A DNA stretch of 64,000 nucleotides, taken from NCBI GenBank assembly GCA_963718565.1, contig OY970364.1, positions 1,600,001 to 1,664,000 of the forward strand, given 5' to 3'. Within the stretch, counting starts at the first letter, position 1; the number at the start of each line of letters is the position of its first letter. Shown here piece by piece: positions 41,087 through 50,396 of this stretch. Under the pieces are notes generated by a model. That model worked only from the letters and a program-made list of their open reading frames with translations, was not told the DNA's origin and did not search any database. Source of the stretch: an uncultured Verrucomicrobiae bacterium. Its GTDB lineage: Bacteria; Chlamydiota; Chlamydiia; Chlamydiales; Rhabdochlamydiaceae. Both the position numbers and the translations under genes were made by a program.

Positions 41087-41124
41087 GGGTGTAAATCAAA
41101 ATATTGAAGCTAGGCATTGAAATA
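41087..41124. repeat. Family B left-arm remnant
   Basis: GGGTGTAAATCAAAATATTGAAGCTAGGCATTGAAATA, truncated at a TA by family C. Confidence 0.75.
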
Positions 41125-41261
41125 TACTGAAGAAACTTCAAAAATTGGTTTTTTTAGCCCCCTGTAGCGCCTGTACGAACACAGTCGGCAGGGGATCAAC
41201 GCAAAGACGCAGAGCCGCGGAGGTTATAAATCGTTAACAACCCTTTCTATACCATCGCGAA
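41123..41261. repeat. Family C repeat (uninterrupted copy)
   Basis: Starts TATACTGAAGAAACTTC; inverted copy at 36358-36635. Confidence 0.88.
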
Positions 41262-41425
41262 ACAATGGATAGGCTTCCTCGATCTTTTGAAAAAAACGGA
41301 TCGTAGATTCTGCATTTAAAGTTTGGTCTTCCTGGATTACCACATTGTGGGAGACAACATCGATGGCCCCTGAAAGGTTGAGTCTTGAACGGCCTGTGTT
41401 AGTTGGGATCTCTTTACGAACCCTT
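41262..41425 (-). pseudogene. IS630-family transposase internal fragment
   Basis: KEIPTNTGRSRLNLSGAID...NAESTIRFFQKIEEAYP. Confidence 0.75.
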
Positions 41426-41490
41426 TTTGATCCATCCAAAAGCATTAGTAGATCAAAATCCTCTTCTCTTTTAAGATTCTGTTTAAGACA

Positions 41491-41543
41491 GAGAGAATTG
41501 CAAAAGCGCGATTTTATGCGGCGAGGAGTTTTGCAGTTCCCTT
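41491..41543. mobile_element. Family D mini-MITE (53 bp), 4-bp TSD GACA
   Basis: Degenerate TIRs; GACA at 41487-41490 and 41544-41547. Confidence 0.75.
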
Positions 41544-41583
41544 GACATTCTAAAGTTTTTTCCGTCATTTTTGGAGCTAAATC

Positions 41584-42642
41584 ATGGAATACGCCAGAGA
41601 ATCGATTCTCATCTCAGCAATACGCATCTTGTGCAAAGCTTTTGCCGGAGTCATTGGTGTTTTGCTAGGCATACTATTAATTTTCCTTGCACTGATGATG
41701 TTTTCCTCGCCGGATATTTATCCTCCGAAAAGCTCTCTTGAAATTTCTCCTGATGCAAATGGCCAGCGCGAGCTTCTTCCTCATACCTCTCCAGTGCTTT
41801 TAAAAATGGATATCACAGGTGTGATTGGCCAAGGCGATTTGATAGCTAATAAATTTCAAAATTCTTTATTCGATTCCCACGAAGGCATGTTCTCGCCAGA
41901 TCGCGTTAAAGGCATTCTTCTGCATATCAATACACCTGGAGGAACCGTTGATGACGCGGACGGAATTTATCGCGCCCTTTTGAATTACAAGAAAAAATAT
42001 CAAGTGCCGATTTACGCTTATGTTGATGGCATGTGCGCATCAGGCGGCATGTACATCGCTTCCTCTTGTGATAAAATTTTTGCTTCGCCCTCGAGCGTCA
42101 TCGGCTCTATCGGTGTGATTTTGGGCCCCGCGTTCAATTTCTCGGGGCTGATGGACAGGTATGGAGTCCAAGCCTTGACAATCACTCAAGGTAAGGACAA
42201 AGACATGCTTAACCCGTTTAGGCCATGGCAACCTGGGGAAGATGCTTCTTTACGCAATATCACCGCTGATCTCTATCAGCGCTTTGTTTCCATTGTGATA
42301 GCAGCACGGCCTAACTTAGATCAGGATAAACTGGTCAACGAATACGGCGCGCAAGTTTTTGTCGCAGGCGATGCGCAAAAGCTCGGCTATGTCGATGACG
42401 GCAATGCGGATTATACAGTTGCAGTTTCAGAGCTTGCAAAAGCGGCAAAAATCTCCGATAACCAAAGATATCAAGTGATGACCATTTCCCCCATGCGCCC
42501 ATTCCTTGCGGACATTACTCAGGGAAAACTTTCGCTGCTCTCTGGAAAAGTGACCCATCATTTTCAAATCAATGCATTTATGAACTCTGAATTAAGCGGA
42601 CGATTTCTCTATATGTATCAACCCGGCCTCGAATTTCAGTAA
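41584..42642 (+). CDS. sppA: S49 family signal peptide peptidase (SppA/SohB-like)
   Basis: INTPGG, CASGGMY and GSIGV. Confidence 0.88.
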   Translation: MEYARESILISAIRILCKAFAGVIGVLLGILLIFLALMMFSSPDIYPPKSSLEISPDANGQRELLPHTSPVLLKMDITGVIGQGDLIANKFQNSLFDSHEGMFSPDRVKGILLHINTPGGTVDDADGIYRALLNYKKKYQVPIYAYVDGMCASGGMYIASSCDKIFASPSSVIGSIGVILGPAFNFSGLMDRYGVQALTITQGKDKDMLNPFRPWQPGEDASLRNITADLYQRFVSIVIAARPNLDQDKLVNEYGAQVFVAGDAQKLGYVDDGNADYTVAVSELAKAAKISDNQRYQVMTISPMRPFLADITQGKLSLLSGKVTHHFQINAFMNSELSGRFLYMYQPGLEFQ

Positions 42643-42700
42643 ACACCTTGTTTGTCCAAAAACATCCAGTTTGTCCAGAAATTTTTCAATTGAAAAAATT

Positions 42701-42808
42701 TAACCACCCGTTCGCTTCGCTCACTAGAGGGCACAGAGAGCACAGAGAAAAAAAATCCTCCCTCTGTGCTCTCTGTGCCCTCTAGTGAACGAAGCGAACG
42801 GGTGGTTA
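42701..42808. repeat. Family J long palindrome (CACAGAGAGCACAGAG type)
   Basis: About 45-bp near-perfect arms; degenerate half copy at 26028-26079. Confidence 0.85.
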
Positions 42809-42838
42809 TAAAATTCAAAGAACGTCTCTTAACTTCTC

Positions 42839-45514
42839 ATGGAAAAAATTTACATCGTCGACGCTGTTAATTTCTTATTCCGATCCTACTATGCAATCGG
42901 GCCGATGACCAATGCAAAAGGGGAATCGACCAATGCCCTTTACGGATTCATCCGTTCCCTTTTCAAATTGATGAATGAATTCTCCCCGGATTATTTTGTG
43001 GCGGTCTTCGATGGTCCTGAAAACAAAAAGTCGCGGTCGGAGATTTATAGCGAATATAAGAGCCACCGCACAGGAATGCCCGAGGATCTTTTCCCCCAAT
43101 TAAACCAGGCTCTGCATTTTTGCGAGATTGCGGGAATACCCTACCTTTCCGTGACTGGAGTCGAAGCAGATGATACCATGGGAAGCATTGCCCGATGGAT
43201 GGAAAAAAAAGGCATTCAAGTTTTTCTCTGCACCAGCGATAAAGACCTTTGCCAACTCGTCTCGGATCATATTTTCATCATCAATCCTCATAAAGATAAT
43301 CTCCTCATCGATCGGGAAAAAGTGAAAGAGCTATTCGGGGTGACTCCCGAACAGATTGTCGATCTTTTAGCAATGGTCGGTGATGCCTCTGACAACATTC
43401 CTGGACTTGAAGGATTTGGTCCAAAAACTGCTGCATCTCTTCTGAGCGAATTCGGTACACTAGAATACATTCTCGCACATCCCGAAAAATTGAGCGGTAA
43501 AAAGAAAGAGGTGATCATCAATGACAAAGAGATTGCCTTGATGAGTAAAAAATTGGCGATCATCCATACGGATATTCCTTTTCCTCACGAAGAAAGATTC
43601 TTTCACTTAAAGACTCCCGATTTGGAAAGAGTCAAAGAATTTTATCATGAAATGCGTTTCATGTCCCTTTTACGCGAACTGGGTATTGAAGAAGAAACCC
43701 CTTCAAAAGGGCGACCTATCAAAGAGCCTATTGCTTTCCATTATCATCTTATCGACGATGAAGAAACTCTTGAAGAATTAGTCCATCGCCTTGAAAAAGA
43801 AAAAGAGATTTGCCTCGATACCGAGACAACAGATATTCGTCCTATGCAGGCAAAACTTGTCGGAATCGGCCTCGGTATCCGTCCTGGTGAAGCTTGGTAC
43901 ATCCCCCTTAATGGCAAACTCGGAAAAGAAAGGGGACTTAGCCTATTAAAGCCTTTACTGGAAAATGACCAGATTGGCTTTATCGGCCATAACATTAAGT
44001 ACGACCTTCATGTCCTGCGCAACGAAAACATCACCCTGCCGAACATTGCCTTCGACACCATCCTTGCTTCTTATTTAATCAGTCCACAAACTCAGCGGCA
44101 CAATCTCGATGGGCTTTCCTTGGAAAAATTTGGCGAGGTCAAAATTCCTATCGAAGATCTGATCGGCAAAGGGAAAAAACAGATCTCGATGAACGAGGTT
44201 CCCTTAGATAAAATCACCCATTATTGTTGCGAGGACGTCGATTTTACTCTAAGACTAAAGCAGCTCTTTGAAAAAGATTTAGAACTCATGGAATTGACCC
44301 CTCTTTTTGAGCAGATTGAGCTTCCTCTGATTCCCATCTTAGCACAAATGGAGAGAAATGGGATCTATGTCGATGTGAAAAAACTTGAGAAAATGTCCGA
44401 AGAACTCAAAAGAAAGATCAAAGAATTGGAGCATCAGATCTATGATCTTGCTGGAGAGCAATTCAATATCAATTCTCCAAGACAGCTAAGCGTGATTCTT
44501 TTTGAAAAAATGGGGATAAAAGCTCCAAAAAAAACAGCAACTGGCTATTCCACTGCGTTTGACGTCCTCGATTCTCTTAAAGAAGAGGCGCCGATCGTTA
44601 AAAAAATCATCGAATATAGAACTTTAGAGAAACTGCGCTCGACTTATGTCGATTCACTTCCTGAACAAATCAACCCTACTACTCATCGGATTCACTGCAC
44701 ATTTAATCAATCCGTTGCCGCTACAGGACGGCTTTCCTGCCAAGATCCCAATCTGCAGAATATTCCCGTACGCACTGAAGAAGGAATGAAAATTCGCGAA
44801 GCCTTCAGACCTCAAAAGCCGCACTACAGTTTTGTCGCTGCCGATTATTCCCAGATTGAACTGCGCCTGCTTGCGCACCTTTCTGGAGATCCCTCCCTCC
44901 TCAAAGCTTTCCAGGAAGGAGAAGATGTCCATACTTATACGGCTGCGCTCGTCTTTGGCATTCCCCTGCAAGAAGTGACTCCCCAGATGCGCTATCGAGC
45001 CAAAGCCGTCAACTTTGGCATTATCTACGGTCAGCAAGCTTTCGGGCTCTCGCAGCAATTGGGGATCAGTTACAACGAAGCAGAAGAGTTTATTCATACT
45101 TATTTTGAAAGATACGCAAAAGTAAAAGAATTTCTTAACTTCTGTAAAGAAAGCGTTCGCAAAACAGGACGAGCTGTCACTTTGACGGGCAGACAACGGC
45201 CGATTCCTGAGATCCATAGCAAAAACCCCACAATTCGCGCCGCTGCTGAAAGGCTGGCTATCAATACGCCATTACAAGGAACAGCTGCCGATTTGATTAA
45301 AATGGCTATGGTCCAAGTGGATGCACATCTTAAAAAACATCCCGATGAAGGTAACATGATCCTGCAAATCCATGATGAGCTTTTGTTTGAAACAGCCGAT
45401 GAACAAGCAAAAAAGCTCTCTAGTCAAGTAAAAAACATAATGGAAGGGATATTTGCCTTGAATATCCCCCTCATTGTTAATATTTCTATTGGAAAAAACT
45501 GGAGAGAATGTTAA
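42839..45514 (+). CDS. polA: DNA polymerase I
   Basis: 5'-3' exonuclease, 3'-5' exonuclease (DTET), DYSQIELR and QIHDEL. Confidence 0.98.
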   Translation: MEKIYIVDAVNFLFRSYYAIGPMTNAKGESTNALYGFIRSLFKLMNEFSPDYFVAVFDGPENKKSRSEIYSEYKSHRTGMPEDLFPQLNQALHFCEIAGIPYLSVTGVEADDTMGSIARWMEKKGIQVFLCTSDKDLCQLVSDHIFIINPHKDNLLIDREKVKELFGVTPEQIVDLLAMVGDASDNIPGLEGFGPKTAASLLSEFGTLEYILAHPEKLSGKKKEVIINDKEIALMSKKLAIIHTDIPFPHEERFFHLKTPDLERVKEFYHEMRFMSLLRELGIEEETPSKGRPIKEPIAFHYHLIDDEETLEELVHRLEKEKEICLDTETTDIRPMQAKLVGIGLGIRPGEAWYIPLNGKLGKERGLSLLKPLLENDQIGFIGHNIKYDLHVLRNENITLPNIAFDTILASYLISPQTQRHNLDGLSLEKFGEVKIPIEDLIGKGKKQISMNEVPLDKITHYCCEDVDFTLRLKQLFEKDLELMELTPLFEQIELPLIPILAQMERNGIYVDVKKLEKMSEELKRKIKELEHQIYDLAGEQFNINSPRQLSVILFEKMGIKAPKKTATGYSTAFDVLDSLKEEAPIVKKIIEYRTLEKLRSTYVDSLPEQINPTTHRIHCTFNQSVAATGRLSCQDPNLQNIPVRTEEGMKIREAFRPQKPHYSFVAADYSQIELRLLAHLSGDPSLLKAFQEGEDVHTYTAALVFGIPLQEVTPQMRYRAKAVNFGIIYGQQAFGLSQQLGISYNEAEEFIHTYFERYAKVKEFLNFCKESVRKTGRAVTLTGRQRPIPEIHSKNPTIRAAAERLAINTPLQGTAADLIKMAMVQVDAHLKKHPDEGNMILQIHDELLFETADEQAKKLSSQVKNIMEGIFALNIPLIVNISIGKNWREC

Positions 45515-46113
45515 AACTAAGGAAAGTTGCTGTAACAGGTGGGTTAGCAGCCGGGAAAACTACCGTCTGCCAAATCTTTGAAGAACTCGGCGCCTATGTC
45601 GTAAGTGCCGATGAGATAGTCCACCAGTTGTTATCTCCAGGAACTACCGTTGGCCAGCAGGTCGTAAGATTACTAGGTTCAGATATTATCAGCGGTCAAG
45701 CGTTCGATCGAAAGAAGATCGGTGCTAAAGTGTTTTCTCAACCAGACCTCCTTCGTGCCCTGGAAGAAATTATTCATCCGGCTGTATTCGATGAAATTGA
45801 GCGAAAATATCAGCAGATCAATCGTGAAAAGAAATACTCTTTATTTGTTGCGGAAATTCCCCTTCTTTATGAGTCAGAAGGAGAAGGACGCTTTGATGCT
45901 GTCATCAGTATCTTTGCTGATCCCGAACTTTGCCGAAAAAGATTCGCGCAGCAAACCCATCAACCCGTTCAAGAATTCGACAAGCGAATGACACGACAGA
46001 TAGAACCGAAAGTAAAAGCCAATAAAGCGCATTATTCGATTGAAAACAATGGCGATGTTAAGCAGCTCAAACTCAAAGTCAAACCACTCTATTTCCAATT
46101 AACAGAAAAGTAA
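45508..46113 (+). CDS. coaE: Dephospho-CoA kinase
   Basis: TGGLAAGKTT, IHP and EIPLLYE. Confidence 0.95.
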   Translation: MLKLRKVAVTGGLAAGKTTVCQIFEELGAYVVSADEIVHQLLSPGTTVGQQVVRLLGSDIISGQAFDRKKIGAKVFSQPDLLRALEEIIHPAVFDEIERKYQQINREKKYSLFVAEIPLLYESEGEGRFDAVISIFADPELCRKRFAQQTHQPVQEFDKRMTRQIEPKVKANKAHYSIENNGDVKQLKLKVKPLYFQLTEK

Positions 46114-46148
46114 AAAATATCCTCGTTAACTAAGGAGTCTGATTTTCA

Positions 46149-47495
46149 ATGAATCAAGAAGACACCATTCAAGATGTCCAAGAACCTGGCAATGATAGAA
46201 CACCTAAAGGGCCGACCGACAGGCCCCCACCCCAGGAAAATGTCACAAAAATTGCTGATCTCCAACGCATGAACGTCGATCAGCTCAATCACTTTGCGCG
46301 CAACCTCGGCTTGAAAAATCTCGGTGCTTTGGCCAAATCGCAAATTGTCTTCGAAATTGTCAAATACCTTTCTGAAAGGCCTGACGAGGTTCTCGTAGGT
46401 GAAGGGGTGCTCGAAGTTCTTCCTGACGGTTTCGGGTTTTTACGCTCCCCTAACTACAATTATCTCCCATCCGCAGAAGACATTTATGTTTCTCCGGCTC
46501 AAATCCGACGTTTCGATCTGAAAAAAGGCGATACCGTATACGGAACCATCCGCTCGCCTAAAGAAAAAGAAAAATACTTTGCTCTTTTAAAAGTCGAAAA
46601 AATCAATAACAAACATCCTGATAAAGCACGAGACCGCGTCCTTTTCGAAAACCTTACCCCGCTTTATCCCAGCTCACGTCTTGTCATGGAAACGACGAAA
46701 GACCGGATGACCACCCGTGTGCTGGATTTGACAGCACCTATCGGCAAAGGTCAACGATCGCTCATCGTAGCCCCTCCCCGCTCAGGAAAAACAATTATTT
46801 TGCAAAACATCGCCAATGCGATCTCGACCAACCATCCTGAGGTTGTGTTGATTGTCCTGCTGATCGATGAGAGGCCCGAAGAAGTGACGGACATGATCCG
46901 CAGCGTCAAAGGGGAAGTCGTGTCATCGACATTCGACGAACCCCCAGAAAGACACTGTCAAGTGGCCGAGATGGCCATCGAAAAAGCGCGCCGTCTCGTC
47001 GAATACGGTCACGATGTCGTTATCCTCCTTGACAATTTAACGCGACTCGCACGTGCCTACAATACAGTTCAGCCGCACTCAGGCAAGATCTTGTCTGGAG
47101 GTGTCGATGCTGGCGCACTTCACAAACCCAAACGCTTCTTTGGCGCAGCCCGTAATGTTGAAGAAGGCGGTTCGCTCACGATTATCGCTACAGCCTTAAT
47201 TGACACAGGGTCGCGCATGGACGAGGTCATCTTCGAAGAGTTCAAGGGAACAGGAAATATGGAACTTGTTCTTGATCGACGTCTTGCTGATCGTAGAATC
47301 TTCCCAGCCATCGACATTATCAAGAGCGGTACGCGCAAAGAAGAGCTTCTTTATCATCCCGATGAACTTGAGAAAATCTATCTGATGCGGCAAGCTCTGG
47401 CCGATCTTTCTCCATTGGATGCGATGAATCTTTTGATCGGACGCCTTAAAAAGACAAATAGCAACGTCGAATTCCTTCTCACGATGAAAGAATAA
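46149..47495 (+). CDS. rho: Transcription termination factor Rho
   Basis: [25 protein letters not shown] and [10 protein letters not shown]. Confidence 0.98.
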   Translation: MNQEDTIQDVQEPGNDRTPKGPTDRPPPQENVTKIADLQRMNVDQLNHFARNLGLKNLGALAKSQIVFEIVKYLSERPDEVLVGEGVLEVLPDGFGFLRSPNYNYLPSAEDIYVSPAQIRRFDLKKGDTVYGTIRSPKEKEKYFALLKVEKINNKHPDKARDRVLFENLTPLYPSSRLVMETTKDRMTTRVLDLTAPIGKGQRSLIVAPPRSGKTIILQNIANAISTNHPEVVLIVLLIDERPEEVTDMIRSVKGEVVSSTFDEPPERHCQVAEMAIEKARRLVEYGHDVVILLDNLTRLARAYNTVQPHSGKILSGGVDAGALHKPKRFFGAARNVEEGGSLTIIATALIDTGSRMDEVIFEEFKGTGNMELVLDRRLADRRIFPAIDIIKSGTRKEELLYHPDELEKIYLMRQALADLSPLDAMNLLIGRLKKTNSNVEFLLTMKE

Positions 47496-47548
47496 GCGAG
47501 AAGAAAAACAAAGACCGGACAGCAGAGTAGCGGAGGAATCCCTCCGCT

Positions 47549-47590
47549 CTCATAACCCGCTGGTCCTTGGTTCAAGTCCAAGTTGCCCCA
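47549..47590 (+). pseudogene. 3' half of a CAT-anticodon tRNA (Ile2/Met type); 5' half absent
   Basis: CTCATAA loop, CCCGC, TGGTC, T-arm CTTGG-TTCAAGT-CCAAG and acceptor TTGCCCCA; no complementary 5' acceptor strand upstream. Confidence 0.75.
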
Positions 47591-47786
47591 CATTCTCAAC
47601 CAGCGCATTCCATAGCACTTACGACACAACAAACTTGATCAAATATCAACTTCAAGTTTAAAAAGACACCCTTCTCAAGGTTTTTTAGACGGGCTCTGTG
47701 AGTCGACGCGAAAAGGAACCCGCCAATCGAGACGAAGTCCGGGCGGGAGTGAGCGCACGAACAGCCATACTAATTCAGTCTAACTA

Positions 47787-48293
47787 CTACCCGAGATGGT
47801 CGACGATAGCCTTGGCAAACACTGACAAATCTTCAGGATGGCGCGAGCTGATTAAATTTCCATCGATAACAACGTCCTTATCCTGCCAAATCGCCCCCGC
47901 ATTTTCTAAATCATCTTTGATCGCAATAAAGCTTGTGACTTTCTTTCCCTTGAGAATCTTTGCTGAAATCGGAACCCATCCTCCATGGCAAATAAAGGCA
48001 ATGACTTTTCCCTCATCGAACGACTTCTTCACGATCTGGAGAGCCTCTGGAGACCTGCGGATCCGATCCGGAGCATAACCACCGGGGATGACAACAGCAG
48101 CACTCGAAACTGCAAGAGCTTCTTTAAAACTCATTTCGGCTTTGCAGGGGTAGCCATGTTTGCCATTGTACGTATGGCCTGCAAGGGGACCTGCAACGAT
48201 CACTTGACCACCGGCTTCTTCTAATCGAATTTTTGGATACCATAGCTCTAAATCTTCATAGAGCTCTTCTACAAGAATGATTACTTTTTTCAT
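47787..48293 (-). CDS. pfpI: PfpI/DJ-1 family protease/deglycase
   Basis: EDLE, IPGG, ICHG and DGNLISSR. Confidence 0.9.
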   Translation of the reverse strand: MKKVIILVEELYEDLELWYPKIRLEEAGGQVIVAGPLAGHTYNGKHGYPCKAEMSFKEALAVSSAAVVIPGGYAPDRIRRSPEALQIVKKSFDEGKVIAFICHGGWVPISAKILKGKKVTSFIAIKDDLENAGAIWQDKDVVIDGNLISSRHPEDLSVFAKAIVDHLG

Positions 48294-48432
48294 TGCCTTT
48301 CTCTCCATGACAAACAACTGTGCAGTTTATACCAGAGATTTTGATTAAACCTAAATTCGATCTTTATGATTTACAAATATTCTCACCTTTGCCTATGTTG
48401 GCAAGCTAGCTTAATCATTTCGGAGGTGCATA

Positions 48433-50055
48433 ATGAGGTTCTGTTCTAGATTTGTCTTAGCGACCATGCTACTTTATTGTGCCTTCGGCCTTTTTGGAGC
48501 TTCCTGTCAAAAAAAAGAAGAAGCGATTCGAAAACAGATTCAATCTGTCCATCTCAATTTAAGAAACGAACCGCCCAGTCTCGATCCTCGCAAGGGCGGC
48601 GATGTAATCTCTTCTCATTTGCATTTTCTTTTGTTCGAAGGACTGGTCAAATTGAACAAAGATGATTCGATTACCCCGGCTTTGGCAAAATCTTTCGAAA
48701 TATCCCCGGACGGCACCGTTTACACCTTTTTTTTAAGAGATGCGGTCTGGTCTAATGGAACTCCGGTCACAGCTTTTGATTTCGAAAAATCCTGGAAAGA
48801 TATTCTCGATCCTTCCTTTCCCAGCGTTAATGCCCACCTGCTTTATCCCATTAAAAATGCGGAGGCGGCTAAACAGGGGAAAGTCCCTTTGTGCGAGGTT
48901 GGCATCGCCGCTAAAGACGCCAACACCTTCGTCATCACACTGGGAACACCCACTCCGTATTTTCTCGATTTGGTCTCCTTTTGCGTCTTTTTCCCTGTCA
49001 ATCAGCGCATCGACGAGGAATATCCCGACTGGGCCCTTAACGCCGGAAAATTTTTTATTTCCAATGGCCCTTTTATATTGAAAGAATGGAAACACAACAA
49101 TGAAATTGTCGTCGTGAAAAATCCGCTGTATTGGGATCAAAACCGCGTCCGGCCCAACATCATTCACTTCAGTATGGTCGATAACGAGATGACCACATTA
49201 CAGATGTTTGAAAATGGCGAGTTGGATATGTTAGGCGACCCGCTTTCTCCTCTGCCGATCGATGCTCTGGCTTCGCTAAAGAAAAAAACTAAGGTGCACA
49301 CAAATCCTGTCGGAGGAACGACGATGATCACATTCAATGTCGATGCACCTCCCTTTAACAATGTCAACATTCGCAAAGCTTTTGCCTATGCTATCAATCG
49401 AGAATTGATTGTGAAGAATATCACCCAGATGGATGAGATTGTTGCGACTGGTGCTATTCCTCCTGTACTGAAAAACAATCGCAATCGAGCCTTTTTCAAA
49501 GATGGGGATATTGCCCAAGCTAAGATCCTTTTAGAAGAAGGCATGAAAGAACTGGGAATCACAAGGGAAGCTTTCACTGATATCACCTACTATTATGCGA
49601 CATCCGAACTCAACTATAAAATTGCCCAGGCGATTCAACAGCAGTGGCGAAACGCCTTAGGAGTGCACATCAACATCGAGAATCTGGAACAGAAGATTCT
49701 GATGGACAAACTGATCAAGCGCAACTATCACTTCGCGCAGAGCCTTTGGCTAGCACAATACAACGATCAAATGAATATCCTCGAACGCTTTAAATCTAAA
49801 CGGAATGTTAAGAACTATCCTAACTGGGAGAACGCTGAATTCGCTTGCCTTCTGGAAGAATCTTTTCACGAAAATGGTTTTAAGCGTGCCGAGATTTTAG
49901 AAAAAGCAGAAGAAATCTTCCTCAGGGAGATGCCAATCTGCCCTATCTATCATTGGAACATGAAATACATTGTACAGCCCTATTTAAACAATGTGGGACT
50001 CACCTCAATCGGAGATATTGTTTTTGAAAATCTCACCCTTGAGAGGGTGTTGTAA
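48433..50055 (+). CDS. oppA: Oligopeptide ABC transporter substrate-binding lipoprotein
   Basis: Lipobox GASC, SLDP, FEGL, WSNG.PVTA.DF and NGPF. Confidence 0.9.
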   Translation: MRFCSRFVLATMLLYCAFGLFGASCQKKEEAIRKQIQSVHLNLRNEPPSLDPRKGGDVISSHLHFLLFEGLVKLNKDDSITPALAKSFEISPDGTVYTFFLRDAVWSNGTPVTAFDFEKSWKDILDPSFPSVNAHLLYPIKNAEAAKQGKVPLCEVGIAAKDANTFVITLGTPTPYFLDLVSFCVFFPVNQRIDEEYPDWALNAGKFFISNGPFILKEWKHNNEIVVVKNPLYWDQNRVRPNIIHFSMVDNEMTTLQMFENGELDMLGDPLSPLPIDALASLKKKTKVHTNPVGGTTMITFNVDAPPFNNVNIRKAFAYAINRELIVKNITQMDEIVATGAIPPVLKNNRNRAFFKDGDIAQAKILLEEGMKELGITREAFTDITYYYATSELNYKIAQAIQQQWRNALGVHINIENLEQKILMDKLIKRNYHFAQSLWLAQYNDQMNILERFKSKRNVKNYPNWENAEFACLLEESFHENGFKRAEILEKAEEIFLREMPICPIYHWNMKYIVQPYLNNVGLTSIGDIVFENLTLERVL

Positions 50056-50117
50056 AATTGGGTTTTAGGGATTTTTGATGCATTTTTTTGTAGGTTTAAA
50101 AGTAAATCCGAGTGACA

Positions 50118-50291
50118 TATACCGAAATGAATTCAAGATTTGGGAATTTGGCAAGGAGGCGCCCTGAATTTGAGCCAGTGTATGCGGCGCCGAAGCAGCA
50201 CAACTTGAATAAGTTGTGCGATGCAGGCGGGCTCAAATACAGCGGCTGCCCGACGTAGCCAAAAACCAAATCTTGAGTTCATTTCGGTATA
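50118..50291. mobile_element. Family E MITE, short form, TA-flanked
   Basis: Matches 38408-38698 minus two hairpin modules. Confidence 0.92.
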
Positions 50292-50396
50292 CTTGAATAA
50301 AGTAGGCCGAGGATTTACTTTTAAACATACGAAAAAAGGCGCAAAAAGCCCAAAACGGAATTTTATAACACCCTCTGAAAACAGGAAAACATCGCG

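Noticed and set aside
47020..47060. Rho Walker-B region reads LLDNLTR rather than LLDSITR
   Set aside because: The catalytic Asp and all other motifs are intact; no basis to claim altered function.
47686..47790. GC-rich stretch after pfpI as another repeat family or the 126-aa ORF
   Set aside because: Single occurrence, no convincing TIR or TSD; the ORF is antisense to pfpI.
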